In this document: piece after piece, positions 40,168-51,507 of the stretch
Layout of the letters: each line of letters starts with the position of its first letter
Position numbering within the stretch: position 1 is the stretch's first letter
DNA from: Felis catus
Taxonomy: Eukaryota
Length of the DNA: 64,000 bases
NCBI RefSeq assembly: GCF_018350175.1
Contig: NC_058368.1
Location: 135,534,001-135,598,000, forward strand
Reading direction: 5' to 3'
Made by a program: the position numbers and the translations under genes
The notes under the pieces: generated by a model
What the model was told of the DNA's origin: nothing
The model's input: only the letters and a program-made list of their open reading frames with translations
The model's database searches: none

Positions 40168-40376
40168 GGGGCGCCTGGGTGGCTCAGTCAGTTGAGAGTC
40201 TGACTCCTGATTTTGGCTCATGTCATGTCATGGAATCGAGCCTCGAGTTGGGCTCTGCACTGACAGCATGGAGCCTCCTTGGGATTCTCTCCCTCCTTCT
40301 CTCTTTGTCCCTCCCCTGCATTCTCTCTCTCCCTCCACCCCCCCCCTCTCTCAAAATAATAAATAATGATTAAAAA
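40168..40376 (+). mobile_element. Can-SINE
   Basis: TSD AAGAATTTGCTATGAGA at 40151-40167 and 40377-40393. Confidence 0.92.
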
Positions 40377-40389
40377 AAGAATTTGCTAT

Positions 40390-40707
40390 GAGAAAGACAA
40401 ATACCATATGATTTCACGTGTATGTGGAATCTAAAAAGCAAAACAAACAAACTAGAAAGACTCACAAATACAGGGAACAAGCTGGTGCTGGTATGGGCAA
40501 AATAGGTGAAGGGGATTAAGAGGTACAAACTTCCAGATATGAATAAATCACCCGTATGAAAATAACATTGTGTGGTGACAGATGGTGACCACACTCACTG
40601 TGGTGAGCATTATGTAACATATAGAATTGTTGAATCACTATGTTGTACACCTAAAACTAATATAGCATTGTATAGCAACTATATTTCAAAAATGAAAATT
40701 TTTTAAA
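40390..40707 (+). mobile_element. L1 3'-end fragment
   Basis: AGAAAGACAAATACCATATGATTTCAC...TGTTGTACACCTAAAACTAATATA typical L1 3' end; flanked by AAGAATTTGCT. Confidence 0.8.
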
Positions 40708-40842
40708 AAGAATTTGCTGTTTACTCACTTTGGGGGCTGCCTAATACAGAGAAAGTTCCTGATGGGGGACTCTGGGCTAGAACAGGCAAACCCTGATGAG
40801 GTAGGGGGCTAAGAGAGAACATTCCAAAGAACCAGAACCCAA

Positions 40843-41632
40843 GGGTGTCCTACAATTTAACTCAATTATGACACTACCTTACTGAAGACTGCATCAGATC
40901 CCACAGGAAAGGGGCTCAGTACCATAAGACTGCTCCCCATTTCAGATGCCAATTGCAGATAGATGGTTCCCACATTACCCAAACCTCTGTCTCGCTTGGA
41001 TTACAAGCTGGAGGGTCCCATGACCTTCTCCCCCTTGGATTTGATTCTTTGCTAGAATGGCTTGCAGAACGCAGAGAAACACTTATATTTACCAGTTTGT
41101 TAAAGACTATGATAAAGGATACAGATGAACAGCCAGATGAGATACATGGGGGAGGCCTGGGAAGGTCACGAGCACAGGGGCTCTGTCCCCATGGACCTGG
41201 GGTGTGTCACCCTCCCATTGTGGATGTGTTCTCTCACCTGGAAGCTCCCCAAATCCCATATGATTGGGATTTTTATGGAGGCTTTCTCACATAGGCATGA
41301 TTAATTATTAACTCTATTTCTAGTCCCTTTCCCATCTCAGGAGAATAGGGGGTAAGGCTAAAAACTCCAAGCTTCTAATCAGGGGTTGGTCTTTCTAGTG
41401 ATCAGTTCCCATCCAGGATCCATCCAGGAGCTTCATTAGAACAAAAGACACTCCTATCACCCAGGAAATGCCAAGGGATTTAGTACCCTGTTTCAGGAAC
41501 TGGGATCAAAGACAAATACTAGAACAAGAGATGCTCCTAACACACTTATCATTTAGGAAATCACAAAGGGCTTAGGAGCTGTGGGCCAGGAACCAGGTGT
41601 AGAGACTAATATATGTTTTCTATCACCTCACA
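40843..41632 (-). mobile_element. MER21-like ERV LTR
   Basis: GGGTGTCCTACAATTTAACTCAATT...CAGATCCCACAGG...GGCTCAGT motifs recalled for MER21; ends ...CTCACA. Confidence 0.65.
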
Positions 41633-41654
41633 GTACCTTACTTCCAATTTTACA

Positions 41655-42261
41655 ATTTTTTTAGTGTCTATTTATTTTTGAGAGACAGAGAGACAGAGCA
41701 TGAGTGGGAGAAGGACAGAGAGAGAGGGAAACACAGAATCCGAAGCAGGCTCCAGGCTCTGAGCTGTCAGCTCAAACGCACAAACCATGAGATCATGACC
41801 TGAGCCAAAGTCAGACACTTAACCAACTGAGCCATCCAGGTGCCCCCCAATTTTAAATCAATTTGCTAAATACCAAAAATGTTGACTAACTCACAATTCC
41901 CTGAAAATTCTAGTGGTCTACTATAAACATTTTACATATTTTTTTAATTTCTGAATGCTTATTTTTGGGAGTGAAAGAGAGACAGAGCACGAGTAGGGGA
42001 GGGGCAGAGAGAGAGGGAGACACAGAATCCGAAGCAGGCTCCAGGCTCTGAGCTGTCAGCACAGAGCCCAACGTGGGCTTGAACCCACGAACCACAAGAT
42101 CATGACTTGAGGTGAGTCAGATGCTTAACTGACTGAGCCACCCAGGCACTCCATATGTATTTTTTATTTTTAAGTAATCTCTGCACACACTGTGGGGCTC
42201 AAACTCACAACCCCGAGATGAAGAGTCACACGCTCTACCAACTGAGCCAGCCAGGTGCCTC
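41655..42261 (-). mobile_element. Three minus-strand Can-SINEs
   Basis: Reverse heads ending near 41848, 42152 and 42261. Confidence 0.88.
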
Positions 42262-43210
42262 TACTATAAACTTTTAAATGTTAATGATGACAATTTGAAA
42301 TTATATAGGAGCAAAAAGCTTAACCGCAGGGCCAGATACATAATTTGTGGAACGCTTGATCTATTTTCCACCTTTCATCTCTAACAAGGAGAAGGATTAT
42401 TGGACAGAAAATAGTAACAACAAGCATTCAGATGAGAGACCTAAAAACCCAAACTGATGGACAGAGTATAAGAGAGCACCTGGGTTCACGACATCAGTGC
42501 AAACCTCCTATCCCCAACAAACTACATCCCAGTCTACTACTAGAAGAACGTGATGATAAAATGAGCTGCTGTTCATTATCTCTGAAGCATCTTAGAAAAT
42601 GGGGCAACGATGGACAATGCAATTCTCAGACAGGCTATTGAACATCACTTTGAACACAGAGAGGAGGACCGGAAGCACTTAAACATGCCCAGGAGTCAGG
42701 AAGGACAAGTCAGAATTTAATGAATTAACAGCACTTCCCTTCCTTTTTTTTTTTTTTTTTTTTTTTAACTCTGCCAGACTGGTAAATCAGAGAAAGCTGT
42801 CAAGGCTGTGCTTCAGCATTTGCTCAGTGTTTGACAGAGACATCCACCTGTGAACAAGATGGAGGCGTGTGGTCCAGATAACCACAAAGATAGATGCTAA
42901 TGATGAATCCATGGCAACCCAGAGTCCCTAGACTCTGTCTTCAGCCTCGTCCTGTTCATTGAGTAGGTAGCTGAGTGTATAGCCAGCTTCCTTTTCCTCT
43001 GCCTTGATGACTGGGAGAGGTAGCCAGTATATTGAATGGCAGAGTGAAGATTCAATGGCCATAAAAACAAGCTAGATTTAACAATGAAAACTTTGAAATA
43101 AACGTAAAACACTACACTTACATTTTTTTAATGCATAAGAGTCAGAATCAAACATGATGGGTTTTACCTCTTGCTTTTATTTCTTCTCTTTCCCAAAACC
43201 TACCAAAACA

Positions 43211-43674
43211 GGGGTGGCTGGCTGGCTCAGTCAGTAGAGCATGTGACTCTTGATGTCGGGGTTGTAGGTTCAAGCCCCACGTTGGGTGTAGAGATTACTT
43301 AAAATCTTTGGGAGGCGCCTGGGTGGTTCAGTCAGGTAAGCATCCAACTCCAGATTTTGTCTCAGGTCATGAGCTCACAGTTGGGAGATTGAGCCCCGCC
43401 TCAGGATCTGCGCTGACAGTGAGGAGCCTGCTTGGGATTCTCACTCTCCCTCTCCCTGCCCCTCTCCCACCTGTTCTCTCTCTCTATCTCTATCTCTCTC
43501 CCTCCTTCTCTCTCAAACTTAATAAATAAACATTTAAAAAATGAAATAAAATCTTTGGGGCGCCTAGGTGGCTCAGTCAGTTAAGTGTCCAACTCTTGAT
43601 TTCAGCTCAAGTCATGATTTCCAGGTCCTTGAGATGCAGCCCTGAGTCAGGAAACAGCCACAGCCTGCTTGGGA

Positions 43675-43715
<41 letters not shown>

Positions 43716-44017
43716 CCTGCCCGCCCCCCTGGCTTGTGCCCTCTTTCTCTCAAAATAAGTAAATACACTTTAAAAAATAAAATTAAATAAACTCTTTTTT
43801 AAAAACCTACCAAAACAGGGGCGCCTGGGTGGCTCAGTCGGTTAAGCCTCCGACTCCAGCTCAGGTCATGATCTCACAGTCCGTGAGTTTGAGCCCTGCA
43901 TCAGGCTCTGTGCTGACAGCTCGGAGCCTGGAGCCTGCTTCAGATTCTGTGTCTCCCTCTCTCTGTCCCTCCCCCATTCATGCTCTGTCTCAAAAATAAA
44001 TAAATATTAAAAAAAAA
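43211..44017 (+). mobile_element. Four-SINE nest
   Basis: Heads at about 43211, 43311, 43557 and 43818; repeated CTACCAAAACA and AAAATCTTTGGG junctions. Confidence 0.92.
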
Positions 44018-44192
44018 CTACCAAAACAACAGTAAATGAATGTTTTTTAATAAAAGCATAAATCCACAAGCACAAAAAGAAGGAGTGAGGAGAAAAAGAG
44101 GACAGGCGATATAGGCAGTAATTTGAAACATGGAAAGCAAAGGAACTGAATTGGCAGAACCCACCAATGAAGTGCCTGCAAAGAGGGGTGGA

Positions 44193-44662
44193 GAGTTCGC
44201 CCGCGTCAGGCTCTGTGCTGACAGCTCAGAGTCTGGAGCCTGCTTCGGATTCTGTGTCTCCCCCTCTCTCTGCCCCTCCCCTGCTCATGCTCTTTGTCTC
44301 TCTGTCTCTCAATAATAAATAAAAAACGTTAAAAAAAATTTTTTAAAGTAGCATTATGTGAAAATATGAATAGAATGAACTGCTTGGTGAGAGTGTGTTT
44401 CCATTCACTGAAGTTAGAAAACCACTAATCAAATAATTTATACAAGTGAGTGGGTGGCTCAGTCGGTTAAGCGACCAACTTCAGCTCAGGTCATGATCCC
44501 GTAGTTCTTGAGTTCGAGCTTGGCCTCGGGCTCTACACTGATGGTTCAGAGCCTGGAGCCTGGAGCCTGCTTCAGATTCTGGCCCACCCTTTCTGCCCCT
44601 CCCCCGTTCGTGCTCTGTCTCTGTCTCAAAAAATACAAAAATAAACGTTAAAAAAATTTTTT
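44193..44662 (+). mobile_element. Two 5'-clipped Can-SINEs
   Basis: Bodies lacking all or part of the head at about 44193-44345 and 44450-44662. Confidence 0.85.
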
Positions 44663-45801
44663 TAATTGACTCAAGCTTTCAGTAGAAAGCTGGATCCTTT
44701 GAAGTCCCATCCTCTCTAAAATCCTGTGATTCTAATCATTCTTTAGACAGGTCTCCAATAGATTTTAAGAACATCTGCATGTAGTTCCTAGAAGTTTCCT
44801 ATAGGTGGCACTGTGGTATAAGATAAAGCAGCAAACTACATCCACCTGATTCTTGCAGGCTACAGTAGACTATGTATGGTAATACCTAATAACTAGAATG
44901 TTTCTGAGTTTTAAAAAATCAGAAGCCTGAACCCAAAAATCAGAAGCCTAGAACACCTAGGTACAGTAGTTCCAGTGACCCATGAGCCCTTGTGTGCATT
45001 AATTTGTCATCCTTCTCAGCTCTGGCCATCTGCCTTATTTCATATCTCAGCTGTGACATTTCTTTTCAATCTATTTGTCACTCTTGGATAGTAAAAGAAA
45101 TGATAATGCAAAGCATCTGCTCCTTCACGTCTCAAAAGTGTCCTGCCTCATCATGCGCACCTTTTACTTCCAAGCTCCTGGGAGTGTGGCGTCCTACAAG
45201 CTTTATCCCCCTTGATTTAAATAGTAATAATAATAAATAAGAACGGAAGAAAAAACTTCTTTTTCCAGCACAAGTTCAGACCAGGGTCTCAAATATGATT
45301 GTCTCTGGCTGTCTTCCCTTTCCACAGCTAAAGGAGATTTATGCTTTGCTTCTTACAAATTAATCACTTAATTAATATCTAGCTCTTCCTGACAAATTTT
45401 GCTATTCATCAAAGCTATAAGTTTTGGTTTCTTTATTTCTCTTTTCTGTTTCAAACTTACAAGGTCCATGAGGAATATCTGCTTCTCATCAAAGAACATC
45501 TCCATGAATTCCATAGATTCAGATAATTCTGCTCCTACATTCAGGTCACAATTCCATGAAAACTTCTAACATTAGGAATCTATAAAACTGTCAGATACGC
45601 TCATTTTTGGCATACCTTGCCTCTGGGCTTTTCAAACTATATATATTTTTTTCTAAATGCCATTAATAAACCCTAAAACTCCAGACTGCCTTTTTTTATG
45701 CCGGGTTTAGTGTACCTGACAAAAAATTATGAGTTGAGCAGTAAAAAAAATCCCACATTCATTCTTTCAGTGATTAGATTTTCAATAGAAATGGTACCCT
45801 T

Positions 45802-45961
45802 GGGGCACCTGGCTGGCTCAGTCAGTAGAGCATAAGACTCTTGATCCCGAGGTTGTAAGTTCGAGCCCCACGTTTGGGTGTAGAGATTACGAAGGAAGGA
45901 AGGAAGGAAGGAAGGAAGGAAGGAAGGAAGGAAGGAAGGAAGGAAGGAAGGAAGGAAGGAA
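45802..45961 (+). repeat. Short SINE whose tail is (GGAA)n (45891-45961)
   Basis: Direct reading; flanking AAATGGTACCCT / AAATGGCACTCT. Confidence 0.9.
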
Positions 45962-46727
45962 ATGGCACTCTTACACCCTATTTCAAGTATGTGTCCTAAC
46001 AGCCTTGGTCAGTTATAGGCACAGGCCTCCAATATCTGATTGAGTCTGTTCGTATTATTTGTGGTTTTTTCAACAGTGCCCTCTTTAATAACGTGATCTG
46101 AAGAATATGCTGTCGTAGCTCACAATATTTCCCATCTGTTTTAATTCTTATACCAACTTTCTAGACTTAGTCTTTCTGTCCTTCTCTGGAGAGAACAGAA
46201 ATAATTTATTCTATATTTGGAGCAATTAAGAAGCACTTACAGAAACACCTTTGAATTGTCCCACAGAAAGAGCCGTGGCACCTGGCTAGGTAGTCCTCCA
46301 ACTTAATTATTCCTATGGTTTCTCAGCATTTCCAAGATTATCAGTGTACGTGAACACGCATTCTACCACCATATCGCAAAATGGAAAACTTTCAAAGGAA
46401 TGCTATGCATGTGACCTACAGATCCTGCTAGGTTTATTTAGTTTCTTATCTTATTTATAGCACATACTTAAGTCCTTAAGTAGCTTATAAAACAGGAGAG
46501 TGCTCTAGTGATCCTTGTAATCTACTGCTATCGGGCAAATTGCAGAGCTTTACAAAAAATCAAAGAATTTAAACTTTGTGCATTTCAGATTCAAATTCAG
46601 CATTCAAGCGTCCACGCAAGCCAAATTCACTACTGCTGTGATGGAAGTGTGTGTTGAGTGACCCTAAGGATGAAACAAACCAGGGTCTCGGTCTGTATTT
46701 CATGCATCTTGTTACAGATGTGGCTGG

Positions 46728-47194
46728 TGTAGGGACCAAGGCAGGCTGCCCCAAGATGGGTCACTCTGACATGAAGATTACTCTCAGCTGAAGACAACTG
46801 AGATCCTACAGGTTCAAGAGAAACTTCTGCCTCTCCCTTAACCACATAGTAGAATCTAAATTATTTCCAGAATAAGGGTTATTAACAGAGGTAAATTTCT
46901 TCTGAGTGACCCATCTGTCTGACAAGGCAAACCTCTGATTACCAAATATTTGCTCTTCTTATTGCCCTGTGAAGTGCATTCCTTTCCCCTGAAATCCCAG
47001 ACCCCTACTTCTTTCTCCTTAGGTCAGGATGACATATATACCTCATTCTGCCTGTCTATCTTTGGAATTTCCATGTCTGTGTGGATTCTCTGTACATACC
47101 CTATCAAATTTGATTTCCTCTTGTCTTGTGTCAATTTGATTCTTAGTCCAACCAGAAGGACCTTGAAGACGACAAGGATGCTTGCTCCCCAACA
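46728..47194 (+). mobile_element. MER34-like ERV1 solo LTR
   Basis: TGTAGGGACC...CCCCAAGATG...CAGCTGAAGACAACTGAG start; ends CTCCCCAACA. Confidence 0.6.
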
Positions 47195-47529
47195 CCAGCA
47201 TAACACCAGAATGAAGGAGAAGCTTCCAGAGCTGATGAAAGAGCTTCTCAAGAAAGAATAAAAGTTTTTGTTTCTAAGGGGAAAAAAAAAACCGACTTGA
47301 GCCTATACTTAATTCAAGAAAATTTGCAACGAGCTTTAACACATACATTAAGCAAAAACAACTTAACAAATGCTCCAGAATTAGTTTCTCATTAGAGCAC
47401 ATCGAGGGGTGCTAGGTCTCTCCAAAAGTCTACTCAAAAAAGACTCTGAAGATTTCCCCAATTTATGTCTGTTATGAAGTTCATCTTCCCATGTTTCTAA
47501 TAAAACTAAGACCAGAATTAAGAAGGTAA

Positions 47530-48014
47530 TGTTGAGGAGAAAAAATTTCCCTTCTTCCTTTCTAGGTTCTTTGTCTGGCCTAATAGTTAAATAGACATAA
47601 AAGAGATTCACAGGAGAAAAACAAATTTAATTACATGTATCTTGGAGCCTCACAATGCCACAAGACTGAAAGGCAGTCATGCAGTTGAGGCTTACAGACC
47701 AACATGAGCTAAGGAAAAGGGGGTAAGGGCCTGAGACTTCAAAGGGAAGGAAGACAAGTAACAGGAATACAGAAGGGCAAATGTGTGGTAAACAAAAGTT
47801 TGCCAGGCCATGCATATTAGTCTTTTCCTTGTAAAAAGTTATCTCTGGCTATAGCTTTCTTCCTGGTACAAGCTCCCTCTCTAAATTCTTTTAGGCAGAT
47901 AAGGGAGAGGTAAAAAGCTTTCCCTGAGTCTGTTGGGTCTTGATCACCTTCAGCTCAAAATAATCCACATGCCCAAATGGCACATTTTGGGGTGGTATAT
48001 TCTTCTCCCTTTCA
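47530..48014 (-). mobile_element. MER34-like ERV1 solo LTR
   Basis: Minus strand starts TGAAAGGG..CACCCCAAAATGTGCC..GGATTATTTTGAGCTGAAGG and ends ..CTCAACA. Confidence 0.65.
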
Positions 48015-48167
48015 ATAACAACTTTGACTAGGCTTCTGTACGATTATAGCATATGAAATGTAATTATATATAGTATTTTATTGTGACCTGCTTGGTCAAT
48101 GTAAACAATTTGGAAAGCTTAATACTTTACAAATATAGTGTTTTGGGATGACTTCTTTAAAAAGAAA

Positions 48168-49187
48168 GGGGCACCTGGGTGGCTCAGTCGGTTGAGTGTC
48201 CAACTTCAGCTCAGGTCGTGATCTGAGGTTCGTGGGTTCGAGCCCCACTTTAAGCTCTGTGCTGACAGCTCAGAGCCTGAAGCCTGCTTTGGATTCTGGG
48301 TCTCTCTCTCTCTCTGTCCCTCCTCCTCTCATGCTCTCTGTCTCTCTCTCAAAATAAGTAATTTTTAAGAAACACTAAGAAAAATAAATAAAAAGAAATC
48401 AAGCTCCAAAGCAAGGGTGACACCTCCCTTCACTACTTTTGTTTCCACAAGAAACTAAGATTCAGTTTGATGTACATCAATTTAAAGAAACTTTTCTGGG
48501 GGTCCCTGGGTGCCTCAGTCATTTGAGCTTCTGACTTTCGCTTTTGGCTCAGGTCATGATCTCACAGTCTGTGGGATCAAGCCCTGTGTTGGGCTTCTGC
48601 GCTGGCAGTGCAGAGCCTGCTTGGGATTCTGTCTCTCCCTCTCTCTGCTTCTCCCCTGTTTGTGCTTTCTCTCTGTCTCTTTCTCTCAAAATAAATAAAT
48701 AAACTTTAGAAAAAAATTTTTTTAATAATTAGTTATGAAGTGTTCATAAGTTTTAACTCTGAGTAAATCAAAGTATATTACGATGAAAACAAAGTAGGCT
48801 GTGAGCTCCCAAAATCCAGCTGCATGCAAAGGAATAAAGTAAGCACCTCTAAAAAAGGAGGAGGTATTCAGCAGATCTGCTAGATGCAGGAAAAAGCCAA
48901 ACATAAACTAGTTTTAGGAAACAGCATATATAACCAGCCTGTGAAATGGGTGCTAGGCACAACAGTATGCACAATTTTTTTTCAACATTCATTTATTTTT
49001 GAGATAGAAAGAGAAACAGAGCATGAGTGGGGGAGGGGCAGAGAGAGGGAGACACAAAATCCAAAGCAGGCTCCAGGCTCTGAGCTGTCAATACAGAGCC
49101 CAACTCAGCGCTCGAACTCACAAACCGTGAGATCATGACCTGAGCCGAGGTGAAAGGCTTAGCCGACTGAGCCATCCAGGCGCCCCA
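48168..49187. mobile_element. Three Can-SINEs (48168+, 48498+, 48975-49187 minus)
   Basis: SINE heads and tails; unique sequence between them. Confidence 0.88.
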
Positions 49188-50107
49188 AGTATACACAATT
49201 TTTTATTGACAATAGATCAGGCTAGAAACCTGCTTCCTTCTCTAATCATTCCCCAGTCATTCCTGCTTCGCTCTTGCCCCAGTCTGGCTTTTTGCAGCAA
49301 GTACTGTACAAATTCACGGAGGATTCTGTTGTATTACACTGTCCTCTAGTGGTTTCAAACAGTTCTCGTCTTCCTTTTCTAAGGGCAGTTTTTATCACAG
49401 AGCCACACAAAACATATGGTGTTAAAAAAAAAATACCTGTTAAATGGACTGGAATGAATGGCAGAGACCCTATGATGACCATGACTAGATAACTTTGTTC
49501 AGCTTCCACGAGAGAATGGGTACCCAGGTAATTTAGCCTCAGGTTCCTTACACCATCTTCGACTTTCCTTGAAAGTGGATAATGCTGTGGTTTTTGCCTT
49601 TGCCTCTAGTTCAGGTTCAAGGACCTCCAGTGTAACCTTTTTGGGTAGTATAGCCTGGGAATGCAAAATTTCAAAAAATTATAACTTCACATTCTCTATT
49701 GATCAGAACAACGGTACACAGTTGACGTGTTAGAAGCTGGTCTCTGTTCCAGAACATTGTAACTGCAAGGCATTTCAAGTGAGCCTTCACGTCTCAGTCA
49801 TGTCTGAAATGTGAACAGCTCACTTACTAAATAAGGAAACTGTGTACACTAAAGACCCATTAATCTTTCTTTTGTCTGTTTGGTATATTGTGTGTTTGGG
49901 TTTTGACTTTTTGTTTTTACTTTATGTAGAATTCAACAACTGTTTATTGCTTCTGCTATGTGCAAGGCACCCTGATGATCATTCTGGGGGTGTGGTGGGG
50001 GGGAGTGTAAGTGGGACATACCCTTGCCCTCAAAGTGCCTATAGTGTAGGGACAAACCAGAGTCCACACAGATTCTACATAACCAGTGTTTCAAAGTGCC
50101 CAAGAGA

Positions 50108-50700
50108 GGGGAGCCTGGCTAGCTCAGTTGATGGAGCAGATGACTCTTGATCTCAGAGTTATGACTTCAAGCCCCACATTGGGTATAGAGGTTACTTAAA
50201 AATAAATAAAATCTTGGGGTACCTGGGTGGCTCAGATGGTTAAGTGTCCACCTCTTTTTTATATTTTTTTAATATTTATTTATTTTTGAAAGCGAGAGAG
50301 AGAGAGAGAGAGAAACAGAGCATGTGGGGGGGGGGGGGGAGGGCAGAGAGAGAGGGAGACACAGAATCCAAAGCAGGCTACAGGATCTGAGCTATCAGCA
50401 CAAAGCACATGGGGCTCAAACTCAGGAACCGTGAGATCATGACCTGAGCCAAAGTCAGATATTCAACTATCTGAGCCACCCAGGCGCCCCAAGCGTCCAG
50501 CTCTTGATATCAGCTCAGATCATGATCTTCAGGTTCATGGCACTGAGCCCTGCATCGGGCTCTGCACTGACAGTGTGGAGCCTGCTTGGGATTCTCTCCT
50601 CTTTCTGTCCCTCCCCAGCTCATGCTTGTGCTCTCTTTCTCAAAATAAATGAACATAAAATTTTAAAAAGAATTAAAAAATAAAATTAAATCTTTTTTAA
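50108..50700. mobile_element. Three-layer SINE nest
   Basis: Short SINE containing a + SINE (50216), which contains a minus SINE (50257-50490); outer TSD AAAGTGCCC..AAGAGAG. Confidence 0.9.
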
Positions 50701-51317
50701 AAGTGCCCCAAGAGAGTGATAGAAAGGTAGTTTTAAGGAGTTCCAAAAAGGAAGGGGTTCCCTCTGAAATAATCTTCTTTGAATGTATGGCACCTGTCAC
50801 TCCTGATTGAAGACCATTATAGCAAACAAACCACGGCGAATTAACAATGACTGAGAGCTAATATCATCTCTCTGTAATGAAATTGTAACTAAGGACAAAA
50901 TTTTCCATACCTGTTCTTCAGGAAACAAAAATACTACTGGATTTCAACTCAGAAAAAAAAAAAATCACTCAATAAATACTGGCTTTAAGATACTTTACCA
51001 GGTACAAGAAAAGAAAAAAATAAGATATTGACCCTGACCCAAAAGTAGTACAGAAAAGTTGCTTAAAATTAGCAATCATGCAATGTATCAGAACTGAGAT
51101 CTTGTGAACAACCTTCCCATCTAAGCTGAGCTATTTTTTTGAAGTTTTATTTAAAGAATGTATAAATACCTGGGTATTAGTATTGGGTTTATGGGGTTTT
51201 TTATATTTTATCTTTTTTTGCTGGAAGAAAATGTTACGAAACATTGGCTAACAAAGGAATGGTATTTGCATAATATAAAGAACTCCTTCAATTCAGTTTA
51301 ACAATACAAATCACCTG

Positions 51318-51463
51318 GGGCATCTGGGTGGCTCAGTCCACTGAGCATCTGACTCTTGATTTTGACTCAGGGTCGTGGGATCCAGCCTCCCCTGAGGTGT
51401 CCTGCTTGAGATTCTATCGTTCCTTCTGCCCCCTCTCCCCCACTTGCTCTCTCTTTCTCTCTA

Positions 51464-51507
<44 letters not shown>

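Noticed and set aside
42596..42900. Plus-strand pseudo-exon pair giving ..SQEGQ|TGKSEKAVKAVLQHLLSV, reminiscent of a myosin P-loop
   Set aside because: Lacks GxxxxGKS spacing, has an early stop and no other motor motifs; shows how easily plausible peptides arise by chance.
46241..46415. Apparent open minus-strand exon
   Set aside because: On careful reading the frame breaks twice at homopolymers and the acceptor is weak; kept only as part of the splice-signal cluster.
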